A stretch of 64,000 bases of DNA, taken from NCBI GenBank assembly GCA_052327205.1, contig CM126216.1:86304001-86368000 (forward strand), read 5' to 3'. Shown here piece by piece: positions 26,436 through 38,906 of this stretch (its first letter is position 1; each line of letters starts with the position of its first letter). The stretch is from Somniosus microcephalus. Taxonomy: Eukaryota. The translations under genes and the position numbers were made by a program. The notes beneath the pieces are model-generated. The model ran no database searches, was not told the DNA's origin, and saw nothing but the letters and a program-made list of their open reading frames with translations.

Positions 26436-27299
26436 AAGGGAGTCGACACAAAATATATAATCCCTGAAATAATTAGTTACTCAGAATGGACTAGTAATTA
26501 TTGCAATATAATCGGATGGAATACATGCAGAAAAGCAATGAAGGTATGTTTTTTAAAATTTGTACAAAGTTGCTTTTAGTTTTGAGACTTCAGAAGTTCA
26601 TTCCATTGAAACAAATGGGAACCGGACATCAAACAAATGTAAATTATCTATAGTTTGCTATGTCTTGGATAAAAATATTTCTTGATTTTTGCAGTTTTAA
26701 AGCCTGTAGTAAGAAAATTGTTTTTTGGGTGTAGGACATACAAGGAGAACTTAAAACCGCTATTCCCATGGTTGCGCCGTTTCATATTGTGTGGAGTTTA
26801 ATCTTCTATGCAATGTGCGATTGAATTATTGATGTACAATAATAAACTATCCATATATATTTAAATATTAAAAATCATGTCTGCACACACTTCCTGTCTG
26901 CAAAACGTTACTTGCTATTGTCACACTTGCTATTATAAATTCCCAGATGCACATTTATAACGGAAACTGCCGATGCAAATGTGTCTCACTGTAATTACAC
27001 CTACTTGACAGTGGTGGTAAAACAGTACCACAGTTTTGCATCTCCGCTTCTACTGCAGAGAAACTCATCTGTTCCAACCAGCTCTACTCTGCTTCCCAAA
27101 TTGTTGTACGTTGTGCTATTTAACCAAGTACAAAATCAAAATATATAAAAATAATAGAATGTATGACTTTTAAAAATGGGGACTGACTTAAGTTCAAATG
27201 CTTTGATCCAATCATCCCCTACTTCACCTGAAGACTAAACTTGTTTTTGACTCTCCATGTGCAACAGCACAGGCGATGGACTGGTAATTATTGCAATAT

Positions 27300-30290
27300 A
27301 ATAACAACTTGTATTTATATAGTACCTTTAACCAAGTAAAACGTCCCAAGGCGCTCCACAGGAGTATTATAAGACAAAACATTGGACACTGAGCCACATA
27401 AGGAGAAATTAGGGCAGGTGCCCAAAAGCTTGGTCAAAGAGGTAGGTTTTAAGGAGCATCTTAATGGAGGAAAGAGAGTCGGAGAGGATTAGGCAGGAAA
27501 TTCCAGAGTTTGGGGCCTAGGCAACAGAAGGCACGGTCACCAATGGTTGAGCAATTTATAATCAGGGATGCTTGAGGGCAGAATTAGAGGAGCGCAGATA
27601 TCTCGGGTTCAGGAGGGGGTGGGTGGTGGTGTTGTGGGGCTGAATGAGATTACAGTGATCAGGAGGGGTAAGGCCATGGAGCCAATTGAAAACAAGGATG
27701 AGAATTTTCAAATTGAGGCATTGCTTAACTGGGAGCCAATGTAGGTCAGCGAGCACAGGGGTGAATGGGACTTGGTGCGAGTTAGGACATGGGCAGCCAA
27801 GTTTTGGATCACCTCAAGTTTACATAGGGTGGGAGGCCAGCCAGGAGTGCGTTGGAATAGTCAAGTCTAGAGGTAACAAAGGCATGGATGAGGGTTTCAA
27901 CAGCAGATGAGCTTGAGGCAAGGGCGGAGATGGGCGATGTTACGGAGGTGGAAATAGGCGGTCTTAGTTATGTTGCAGATATGTGGTTGGAAGCTCATTT
28001 CAGGGTCAAATATGACACCAAGGTTGCGAACAGTGTAGTTCAGCCTCAGACAGATGTTGAGAGGGATGGAGTCAGTAGCTAGGGAACAGAGTTTGTGGCG
28101 GGGACCAAAAACAATGGCTTCAGTCCTCCCAATATTTAATTGGAGATCATTTCTGCTCATCCAGAACTGGATATTGGACAAGCAGTCTTGACAATTTAGA
28201 GAGTGTGGAGGGGTTGAGAGAAGTGGTAGTGAGGGTGAGCTGGGTGTCATCAGTGTACATGTGGAAACACGGTGTTTTTGGATGATGTCACCAAGGGGCA
28301 GCCTGTAGATGAGAAATAGGGGGCCAAGGATAGATCCTTGGGGGACACCAGAGCTAATGATGCGGGAGCGGGAAGAGAAGCCATTGCATGTGATTCTCTG
28401 GCTACGATTAGATGGATAAGAATGGTACCAGGTGAGTGCAGTCCCACCCAGCTGGATGCCAGTGGAGAGGCGTTGAAGGATGGCATGGTCAACTGTGTCA
28501 AAGGCAGCAGACCAGTCAAGAAGGAGGAGGAGGGATAGTTTACCACCTTCACAGTCACAAAGGATGTCAATTGTGACTTTGATGAGAGCCGTTTTGGTAC
28601 TGTGGCAGGGTTGGAAACCTGATTGAAGGGATTCAAAAATGGAGTTGTGGGAAAGGTTGGCATGGATTTAAGAGGTGACAACCCGTTCAAGGACTTTGGA
28701 GAGGAAAGGGAAGTTGGAGATGGGGCGGTAGTTTGCAAGGACAGAGGGGTCAAGGGTTGGTTTTTTGAGGAGAGGGGTGACGATGGCAGATTTGAGGGAG
28801 AAGGAGAGGGAACCGTTAACGTCCACTAACATGGGAGTCAGAAAAGGAAGTTGGGTGGTCAGCAGTTTGGTGGGAATAGGGCCAAGGGAGCAGGAAGTGG
28901 GTCTCACGGACAAGATGAGAGCGGAGAGGTCATGAGGGGAGATCGGAGAGAAACTGGAGAAAGATGTGAGTTCAGGGCTAAGGTGGGGGGGTGAACCTTA
29001 GAGGAAGTTTGGCCCGGTGGGCTTGGGCAAGAAAGGCAGAGGCAGCTGAATGGATGTTCTCAATTTTGGAGATGAAGAAGTCCATGAGCTGCTCACACTT
29101 GTTGTCAGAGGTGAGGGTGGAGACGGGCGAGGGGTTTAAGAAGACGGTTAGCAATGGAGAATAGAAGGCAGAGTTTATCTTTGCATTCCAGAATGATTCT
29201 GGAATAGTGAGCAATTTTGGCAGATGAGAGCAGGACCTGATAATGCTTTATGTGGTCCAACCAGATCCAGCGGTGAATGGCCGAACCAATTGTCCGCCAT
29301 ATTCGTTCAAGTCTATGTCCCTTGGACTTAAGGGAGCGAAGATGAGGGCCGTACTGGGGGAGAGGCCAGGCTTAGAGAGAGCAATTGTTTTAATAGGGAC
29401 TAGGACATCAAAGGTGGTGGTGAGGGTGTGGTTGAGCAGATCGGTAGCTGCAGAAATGTCATGGTGAATGGAGGGCCAAAGGCTGGACAGTTGGGATTTC
29501 ATAAGTGTAATTGGAAGAGTTTTTTTTCCAGGGGCGGACACAGAAGGAAGTAGGATTGTGGAGTGGGGGGGCATGGTGGAAGGGGGATGTGAGAGGAGAG
29601 CGATACGAAGAAGTGGTCAGAGATGGCCTTATCTGCGATTGACACGATGGGAGTAGCAAGGCCACGATAGATGGCAAGGTTGAGGGGGTAGCCGTGAATA
29701 TGGGTCGGGGAGTTTACATGGGGGAGAGATTAAGGGAGGATAGGAGGTTAGTGAACTCAGAGGAGAGAGAGCATGATGAATTGAGAGGGAGGTTGAAATC
29801 ACCGAGGATGAGCAGTCATTTGGTGCAGAGGCTGAGGAAGAAAAGCAGTTAAGATATCTAGATAATAAAATTTTTATGGTACTTGGGTGGGCGATAGAGA
29901 ATGAGAATTTTAAATGAGGGTAGAGGTGTGGAATAAGGTGAGATGCTCCAAGGAGTAGGGGGACAGACCAAGGTGTGATTTGGTGATGAGAGCCATACCA
30001 TCACCACGGCGGTCTGGGCGGGGAAAGTGGTGGAAGGTATAGCCAGGCGGGGAGGCTTAATTTAAGGGTAAGGTGTCATCACCCCTCAACCAAGTTTCCG
30101 TCAGGGCCATAATGTCGGGTGTCATCACCCCTCAACCAAGTTTCCGTCAGGGCCATAATGTCGGGTGTCATCACCCCTCAACCAAGTTTCCGTCAGGGCC
30201 ATAATGTCGATGCAATCACCCACGATAAGCTCATGGATGACAAGGGCCTTGTTTGCAATGGTCATTCTGGAGGGAGATGCAGAGAGGGTC
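27300..30290 (-). mobile_element. L2 LINE, near-complete but frameshifted ORF2 (endonuclease + RT) with 3' tail
   Basis: Minus-strand fragments IDIMALTETWL, KSAIVTPLLKKPTLDPSVLANYRPISNFPFLSKVLERVV, LQLNIGRTEAIVFG, VRNLGVIFD, LADLHWLPVKQ; L2-type tail (tatataaatacaagttgtt on minus strand). Confidence 0.92.
30072..30209. repeat. Perfect 46-bp tandem triplication within the L2 endonuclease region
   Basis: ggtgtcatcacccctcaaccaagtttccgtcagggccataatgtcg x3. Confidence 0.95.
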
Positions 30291-31187
30291 GGTGATGGCC
30301 CACTGCCAGCATCCACAGGGTCAGCGCTGGGGGAGGAGGATGAGTTGGACGGGGAGAATAATTGTTCTGATCGGGCTGATGTATAGTTTGGAAATTATTC
30401 TAAGTTTCACAACACTTTCGAAATGGCTAACAATTGCTGTGCAATTCATGATATCCTATTGTCATTTTGTGATCAGCTTGAAATTTAATTTCCTGTCCAA
30501 ATAACTTTAGCTCTTAAAGATTTCTACGGGTGTGTTTATACTCCAACTTCTGTTAACTCTGGATCCAAAAGTGAAACAGCAGCTGGGGGTTTCACGTCAG
30601 AAGCAAAAGTCCTTTTTCACGGTTTAATTCTCCCAAAATTAATTTTAGTGGGTGCTCACTAAAAAGTTGTTTAATATGCAGCACAGATGTCATGCCAATG
30701 CCAAGAAATTAACATAGATATATTTGTTGTATACTTCCTGTAACACTTTCAAGCTTAATTCTGTCACACTTAATGTAGGGGACACTTTAGGTATTTAACC
30801 TAAACACCTGAGGCTTATCGAAATCAACCATATCTCCTTGCTTAATTCTGTCACACCTAATCTTGCATGTTCAATTTAGGGGGCACTTTACTCCTCAGGG
30901 CCACTCACCTGAGGCTTATTGATTTAAAAAATGACAAGTAGGGAGTCCCCTCCACACCATGTTGCAGCCCTGGCCAGTACCCTCCTGAGAGTCATGGGGA
31001 GGAGGAAGCAAGAGAAGAGGGGGGAAAAAGCAGAAGAAAACAAAGAGGGAATGATTAAAGCAGAAATGGAAGAGGAGAAAGTGAAAGAAATACAAATAGA
31101 TGCGTGTGTGAATGTGAGCGAGACTGAAAGACAATCTAACGGAGAAAGTCCTACTGTGACCCATTCCTGGATCTCGGGCTTGACTAT

Positions 31188-31403
31188 TGTAATGTATGTA
31201 CCTTTATAAGGGAGAGAACTACTTTTTACAGCTCCTGTATACTGTAGTACCGGCAGTGACCACACCTGTATATAAACCCTGAGTAGTGATCTGTACAGTT
31301 AGTTCTAGAGTAACCCTCATTCAGTAAACACCTGTTGAATCGTTCCCTGCAGTCTGTTGTCTGATTATTGAAGGACACAACATTAAGATACACGGATCTA
31401 ACA
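31188..31403 (+). repeat. 5' LTR of Gypsy element
   Basis: tgtaatgtatg...ggatctaaca; differs from the 3' LTR at 3 positions by eye. Confidence 0.95.
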
Positions 31404-32051
31404 TTGGCGACGTGGCAGATTCGAACCTACCTGCAACTCTGCATCACCTCCCAGGGATTTGCTCCTGGAGAACAGTGGAAGAAGGTCGAGTCCAGAAGCA
31501 CGGGCGTCGACCACGGGCAACTGCCCAGTCATCCAGCGGCGATTTGAGCATCGCAGGGGAGGCTGTCGAGAGCCAGGCTTGGCTTTCCAGTGGTCCAGCG
31601 AAACGGGCTGGCAACAGGTACTGCGCAGACCCTTCCCGGACAGCGGCGGGCTAGAGCCCGACTGATCGGCACAGAAAAAGGCCGAGCAGCGTCGACGGGG
31701 GAGCGAGAGAGAGAGGGCAGAGCGCACAGGGTGCAGCCGGTGTTCAGGACCGAGCAGCGTCAACAGGGGAGAGAGACAAGAGACGGCAGAGTACAGCTGG
31801 TGTTCAAGGGCCGAGCAGCGTCAACAGGGGAGAGAGGCGCGCAGGAAAACGCGAGGCGCTTCCATTGCCACGAGGACCGCAGAGAGCGGCGTTGGCAGCA
31901 GCGCACAAAACCCACAGGGCGTCGCCATTTGCCACGAGGACCGCCGAGAGCGGCATTGGCAGCAGCGCGGGAGACGCCATTTTAAGCCGCAGTGGGGAAG
32001 AAAGGAAAGCGCGGGAGACGCCATTTTAAGCCAGTCTAACCACACCCAAAA

Positions 32052-32944
32052 ATGCCGAAGAGTGGCAGTATCACAGCGTTCGACAATGGAGTCGAAGATT
32101 GGACGACATATGTCGAACGCATAGAAGTGCAAGGCGAATGAAGTGCCAAATGACAAGAAAGCGCTGGTATTGTTGAATTCAATGGGTGCAAAAACGTATG
32201 GCTTACTACGAAACCTAGTAACCCCAGAGAAGCCAGTAGAAAAGGATTTTGAAAACATAGTGTCAATCCTACAGGACCACTTAAACCCCACACCGCTGCT
32301 GATAGCAGAAAGATTTAAGTTTCACAAAAGGAACCAGCATAAAGATGAAAGTAATGCTGAGTATTTAACGGAACTGCGCAAGCTATCGAAACCCTGCCAG
32401 TTTGGAACGGGACTAGCAGATACCTTAAGGGACAAGTTTGTGTGTGGGCTTCAAAGTGAAGGAACCCAGAAACGGCTTCTATCAGAAAAGGATCTTACGC
32501 TGGACAAGGCTTTCAGCATTGCAGTATCACACGAAGCAGCAGCACGGGGCGCTGCAGAGATACAACGGAGACCACAAGAATATGGCACAAATGAAATGTC
32601 ACACGGAACAGTGAAGTGCTATCGCTGCGGCAGAACAACACACGACCATAATGATTGCTGGTTCAAGGACAAAGTGTGCAGACAGTGTGGAAAAGTAGGA
32701 TGCATAGCAAGAGTCTGCAGGTCGGGAAAGAAAACCAGCAGCAAGAAATCTCCACTGGAGAAGTACAAGAAGGTACATAAGGTGACGGAGAGTAGTTCAG
32801 AGGAACAGAAGAGTGATACAAACTCCGGAAGCAAGGAGCTGGGTTGTCTGAAACTACATAATGTGATCAAAATGGAGGATCACCAAACTATCTGGGTCAC
32901 GCTCAAGATAGCAGGAGTCCAAGTGAAAATGGAATTGGACACAG
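32052..32944 (+). pseudogene. Gypsy gag and start of protease
   Basis: KTYGLLRNLVTPEKP...IAERFKFHKRNQ; knuckles CYRCGRTTHDHNDC and degenerate CRQCGKVGCIARVC; ends in MELDT; frameshift near the N-terminus. Confidence 0.9.
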
Positions 32945-33209
32945 TGTGATGAAATATTCCATTCATCACTCATCAGTATTTCTCTGCCTGTGACTGTGGT
33001 TGGTTTCAGTTTCATTTCCATTGTATTGTACTGTGTGTAGGGCTCCGCCCATACCTGGCTCCTATGTAAGCTGGCCCAGCCTGCAGCACATCCAGTACGG
33101 CAGACCTCTGGATGGAAGATACATTCTCCTCTGTGTGTTACCTTCTAAGTCAATAAAAGCCTTGTTTTGTTTCGCTAACATCGAGTCTCGGAATTATTGA
33201 GGCACATCA
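32945..33209 (+). mobile_element. Solo LTR of a different LTR family nested in the protease gene
   Basis: TGTGATG...CACATCA, 265 bp, TSD CACAG at 32940-32944 and 33210-33214, internal AATAAA at 33152. Confidence 0.88.
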
Positions 33210-33214
33210 CACAG

Positions 33215-34147
33215 GATCAGCCCTAACGGTCATAAACCGAAGGGACTACAAGCGGCTATTCTCACATATACCCTTGAGAGATACAGAGATTGTCTTGAAG
33301 ATGTACACGGGGCAAAAAGTCTACCCCAAAGGAAAAATAAGGGTGAACGTTCTATATAACGGCAAGGAAACACCAAAAATGGACCTATATGTATTGCCAG
33401 ATGGAGGACCACCACTACTAGGACGTGAATGGATCTGGAAGATACAGCTAGATTGGCATTCCATACAGGCACTGACTCTGGCTGACAAAAAGGACGACGA
33501 CGTCACACCTGGGCGACTGTCAAAGATCCTAACTGACGCGAAAAAAGTGTTCCAGCAAGGACTCGGAACACTAAAAGACATGACAGCGATGATTAAAATT
33601 GAAGAAAACGCAAGCCCAAAATTTTTTAAGGCCAGACTGGTACCTTATGCGATCCGCCCAGCCGTCGAAGCAGAGCTGGAGAGTCTGGAACGTTCAGGTG
33701 TACTGTCCAAGGTAGACTGGAGCGAGTGGGCTACACCTATCGTCCCTGTGATGAAAAAGTCGTTGAGCAGCACTCCTGGGGAACCAAGGAAGGTTCGCAT
33801 CTGCGGGGACTTTAAGGTAACAGTGAACCCGGTCCTTCACACCGTACAATATCCACTTCCGCGGATTGAAGATATTTTCGCCTCGCTATCTGGAGGGAAA
33901 TGCTTCACTAAGATTGATCTGGCCCAGGCATATCTGCAAATGGAGGTAGAAGAAGCATCAAAAAAATACCTCACAATCAACACCCATAAAGGTCTCTACC
34001 AATACAACCGGCTGGTATTCGGGGTAGCATCAGCTCCGGCTATTTGGCAGAGGGCAATGGAACAAGTCCTGCAAGGGATCCCAGGGACCCAGTGTTATTT
34101 GGACGACATCCTGGTCACGGGCGAAAATAACACTGATCACCTTGCCA
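33215..34147 (+). pseudogene. Gypsy pol: protease C-part and RT up to just past YLDD
   Basis: LLGREW, SEWATPIVPV, VRICGDFKVTVN, YPLPRIEDIF, KIDLAQAYLQ, YNRLVFG, CYLDDILVTG. Confidence 0.93.
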
Positions 34148-34773
34148 GAGACCAGGTAAGGCCTCACAGCGTCGGCGGGAATCCTGAGCGGCAGAGCTGG
34201 GCTATAAAAGGCCCCAGAGACCAGGTAAGGCCTCATAGCGTCGGCGGGAATCTCAAGCGGCAGAGCGGGGCTATAAAAGTCCCCAGAGACCAGGTAAGGC
34301 CTCACAGCGTCGGCGGGAATCCTGAGCGGCAGAGCTGGGCTATAAAAGGCCCCAGAGCCCAGGTAAGGCCTCATAGCGTCGGCGGGAATCTCGAGCGGCA
34401 GAGCGGGGCTATAAAAGTCCCCAGAGACCAGGTAAGGCCTCACAGCGTCGGCGGGAATCCTGAGCAGCAGAGCGGGGTATAAAAGTCCCAGAGACCAGGT
34501 AAGGCCTCACAGCGTCGGCGGGAATCCTGAGCGGCAGAGCGGGGTATAAAAGTCCCAGAGACCAGGTAAGGCCTCACAGCGTCGGCGGGAATCCTGAGCA
34601 GCAGAGCGGGCTATAAAAGTCCCAGAGACCAGGTAAGGTCTCACAGCGTCGGCGGGAATCCTGAGCGGCAGAGCGGGGTATAAAAGTCCCAGAGACCAGG
34701 TAAGGCCTCACAGCGTCGGTGGGAATCCTGAGCGGCAGAGCGGGGTATAAAAGTCCCAGAGACCCAGGTAAGG
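34148..34773 (+). repeat. Tandem array of CR1 5'UTR monomers (4 x 69 bp, 5 x 67 bp, plus a partial tenth)
   Basis: Unit starts at 34148, 34217, 34286, 34355, 34424, 34491, 34558, 34625, 34692, 34759; each full unit has CAG|GTAAG and TATAAAA. Confidence 0.95.
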
Positions 34774-34984
34774 TGTACCAGTCTCCAGTCTGGGAGGAGA
34801 GAGGTAAAAAGTAATCCAAGTGTGACGTCACCAGAAAGCGGGTAAGTGATTGGTTGGTAAGTATTTCTCCCTTTTAAGCTTAAATCTCTCTGGTTTATAG
34901 TTTCTAAGGTGTGATATTCACCATCTGGAATCGGGGCAGAGGATATTTAAGAATAATATTAATAAATTTAATTAATTACATAGA

Positions 34985-35929
34985 ATGGGAGATCAGGTGT
35001 TGTGTTGCTGCTGCAATATGTGGGAGCTGGTGAACACCATTGATGCTCACGGTGATCACATTTGCAGTAAGTGTTGGCTGCTCGAGGAACTCCGGCTCCG
35101 TGTTGAAGAGCTGGAGTCCGAGCTTCAAACACTGAGACACATCAGGGAGGGGGAGAGTTACCTGGACTCTGTGTATCACGAGGTAGTCACACCAATTAGA
35201 TTAATTAATTCAGATGTAGTCCGTGGCCAGGGTCAGGATGGTGTGACTAGAAGTGAGGCAGGTACGGGGATCCAGGAGGTAGTGTTGGAGGAGCCGCAGC
35301 CCTTGCACTTGTCCAACAGGTTCGAAGCTCTTACTCCCTGTGGGGACAGGAGCAGGGACTGCAGGGAGGATGAGCAACCTGGCCACAGCACCGTGGAGCA
35401 GGGGGCCATTCAAGTGGGGGGAGTTAAAAGAAATGTTGTAGTGGTAGGGGATAGTATCGTTAGGGGGATAGATAGAGTTCTTTGCAGCCGAGAGCGAGAG
35501 TCCCGAAGGCTGTGTTGCCTGCCCGGTGCCAGGGTTAAGGACATCTCCTCTGGACTGGAGAGAAACTTGGAGTGGGAGGGGGAGGATCCAGTTGTCGTGG
35601 TCCATGTTGGTACCAACGACATAGATAGGACAAGGAAGGAGGTTCTGCTGAGGGAGTTTGAGCAGCTAGGGGCCAAATTAAAAAGCAGAACCACAAGGGT
35701 AAGGATTATTACCTGAGCCACGAGCGAATTTGGCTAGGACAAATAAAATTAGAGTTAAATGTGTGGCTCAAAGACTGGTGTGGGAGAAATGGGTTTTGCT
35801 TCCTGGGACACTGGCACCAGTACTGGGGCAGGAGGGAGCTGTTCCGTTGGGACAGGCTTCACTTGGCCAGTGCTGGGACTAGAGTCCTGGCGGATCATAT
35901 AACTAGGGCTGTAGAGAGGGCTTTAACCT
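34985..35929 (+). pseudogene. CR1 ORF1 (zinc finger/leucine zipper + SGNH esterase-like domain), frameshifted near 35700
   Basis: CCCCNMW...HICSKC, heptad LRVEELESELQTL, VVVGDSIVRG, CLPGARVKD, VHVGTND. Confidence 0.88.
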
Positions 35930-35969
35930 AACTAGTGGGGGGGAGGTTCCTAGAGAGCAAATAATAAAA

Positions 35970-38906
35970 ATGACAACAGAGAAGGTCATAGACTTAGGTA
36001 GCAGTGGGGAAATTAAAAACCGGAGCATGTCAGGAAGGGGCAGAAGGTATGGAGTAAAAGGTAAAGTAATAAAAAGGGCAAAAGCAGGAACTAAGTGTCA
36101 CAAAACATCTTTGAAAGTTCTCTATCTGAATGCACGTAGCATTCGTAACAAAATAGACGAGTTAATGGCACAAATAACTACATATGGGTATGATCCTGTG
36201 GCCATTACAGAAACATGGCTGCAGGGTGACAATGCCTGGGAATTAAACATACCAGGTTATTTAATGATCAGGAAGGACAGGCAGGAAGGAAGGGGAGGTG
36301 GGGTGGCTATGTTAATAAAGGAAGGAATCACTGTAATACAGAGAAATGATATTGCGTCAAAAGATCAGGACAATGAAACAGTTTGGGTGGAGGTAAGGAA
36401 TAATGAGGGGAAAAAAACACTAGTGGGCGTAGTCTATAGGCCTCCGAACAGTGGCAACTCTGTTGGACGGAGTATCAATCGGGAAATAGTTGAGGCTTGT
36501 AATAAGGGAACATCTATAATTATGGGGGATTTTAACTATCATATTAATTGGACAAATCAAATTGGGCAGGGCAGCCTTGAGGATGAGTTCATTGAGTGTA
36601 TTAGGGATGGGTTTCTTGAGCAGTATGTAACTGAACCGACCGGGGGCAAGCAACCTTAGATCTGGTCCTGTGTAACGAGACAGGATTAATTAAAAATGTC
36701 CTAGTAAAGGATCCCCTTGGAATGAGTGACCATAACATGGTTGAATTCCATATTCAATTAGAGGGTGAGAAGGCTGGATCTCAAACAAGCGTGCTAAGCT
36801 TGAATAAAGGAGACTATGAAGGTATGAGAGCGGAATTGAGTAGAGTGGATTGGGAAAATAGATTAAAGGGTAAGACGATACATGATCAGTGGTGTACATT
36901 TAAGGAGTTATTTTACAACTTCCAAAAAATATATATTCCACTGAGAAGAAAAGGGTGTAAAAGAAAAGACAGCCATCCGTGGCTAAGTAAAGAAATTAAG
37001 GATAGTATTCGACTAAAAACAAGGGCATATAAGGTAGCCAAATCTAGTGGGAGGATAGAGGATTGGGAAAACTTTAAAAGACAGCAAAAAATAACAAAAA
37101 GATTGATTAAGAAAGGGAAGATAGATTATGAAAGTAAATTAGCAAAAAATATAAAAACAGATAGTAAGAGTTTTTATAGTTATATAAAAAGAAAAAGGGT
37201 GCCTAAAGTAAATGTTGGTCCCTTAGAGGATGAGACTGGGAAATTAATGGTGGGAAATATGGAGATGGCAAAAACACTGAATATTTTGTATCAGTCTTTA
37301 CAGTACAAGACTCTAAGAATATCCCAACACTGGACAAACAGGGGGCTATGGGGGGGGGGGGAGCTAAACACGATCAAAATCACTAAGGAAGTGGTACTCG
37401 GTAAAATAATGGGACTCAAGGCGGATAAATCACCTGGACCTGATGGCTTACATCCTAGGGTCTTGAGGGAAGTGACGGTAGGGATTGTGGATGCATTGGT
37501 AATAATTTTCCAAAACTCCCTGGACTCGGCAAAGGTCCCGGCAGACTGGAAAACTGCTAATGTAACACCCTTATTCAAAAAGGACAGTGGACAGAAGGCT
37601 GGAAACTATAGACCGGTTAGCCTAACATCTGTGGTAGGTAAAATTTTGGAGTCCATTATTAAGGAGACAGTAACAGGACATTTGGATAATCATAATTTAA
37701 TAGGACAAAGTCAGCATGGTTTTATGAAGGGGAAGTCATGTTTGACAAATTTGCTGGAGTTCTTTGAGGAAGTAACGTATAGGGTGGATAAAGGGGAACC
37801 AGTGGACGTAGTGTATTTAGACTTCCAAAAGGCATTTGACAAGGTGCCACACAAAAGATTATTGCTTAAGATAAAAAATCACGGGATTGGGGGTAATATT
37901 CTGGCATGGATAGAGGATTGGCTATCTAACAGAAGGCAGAGAGTTGGGATAAATGGTTCATTCTCAGACTGGCAATCAGTAACTAGTGGTGTTCCGCAGG
38001 GGTCAGTGCTGGGTCCCCAACTCTTTACAATCTATATTAACGATTTGGAGGAGGGGACCGAGTGTAACATATCAAAGTTTGCAGATGATACTAAGATGGG
38101 GGGGAAAGTAGTGAGTGAGGAGGACATAAAAAACCTGCAAGGGGACATCGACAGGCTAAGTAAGTGGGCAGAGATTTGGCAGATGGAATACAATACTGGA
38201 AAGTGTGAGGTTATGCACTTTGGCAGGAAAAATCGTAGAGCAAGTTATTATCTTAATGGCAAGAAACTGGAAAGTACTGAAGTACAAAGGGATCTGGGGG
38301 TCCTGGTGCACGAAACTCAAAAGGTTAGTATGCAGGTGCAGCAAGTGATTAAGAAGGCCAATGGAATGTTGGCTTTCATTGCTAGGGGGATAGAATATAA
38401 AAATAGGGAGGTATTGCTTCAGTTGTACAAGGTATTGGTGAGACCGCACCTGGAATACTGCGTACAGTTTTGGTGTCCATACTTAAGAAAGGACATACTT
38501 GCTCTCGAGTCAGTACAAAGAAGGTTCACTCGGTTAATCCCGGGGATGAGGGGATGGACATATGAGGAGAGGTTGAGTAGATTGGGACTTTACTCATTGG
38601 AGTTCAGAAGAATGAGAGGCAATCTTATTGAAACATATAAGATTGTGAAGGGGTTGGATCGGGTGGGTGTGGGGAAGATGTTCCCGATGATGGGTGAAAC
38701 TAGAACTAGGGGGCATAAGGGGCTGCTCTTTCAAAACTGAGATGAGGAGGAACTACTTCACTCAGAGGGTGGTAGGTCCATGGAATATGCTGCCCCAAAA
38801 AGCTGTAGAAGCTACATCATTACATAAATTTAAAACAGAAATAGACAGTTTCCTAGAAGTAAAGGGAATTAAGGGTTACGGGGAGCGGGCAGGAATTTGG
38901 ACATGA
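35970..38906 (+). pseudogene. CR1 ORF2 (APE endonuclease + RT) with frameshifts near 36655 and 38715
   Basis: YLNARSIRNK, AITETWL, GVVYRPP, MGDFN, SDHN, GNYRPVSLTS, YLDFQKAFDKVPH, GVPQGSVLGP, KFADDTK. Confidence 0.93.

Noticed and set aside
30752-30920. Short imperfect direct duplication (gcttaattctgtcacac...cacctgaggcttat)
   Set aside because: Two degenerate copies with no further structure; ordinary local duplication.
30931-31209. Glu/Lys-rich 92-aa ORF
   Set aside because: Purine-rich low-complexity sequence running into the LTR; no family motif or exon signals.
33274-34482. 402-aa ORF fusing an RT to 23-aa repeats, resembling a novel RT system
   Set aside because: Chance in-frame read-through from the interrupted Gypsy RT into the 69-bp CR1 monomers; the frame breaks at the first 67-bp unit.
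34148-34773. Regular array superficially like a CRISPR locus
   Set aside because: Units repeat along their whole length with no unique spacers, there are no cas genes, and the context is vertebrate.
36722-38740. 672-aa RT ORF as an active or domesticated gene
   Set aside because: It is CR1 ORF2 separated from its endonuclease by a frameshift, with a further deletion near the end; ORF1 is also broken.
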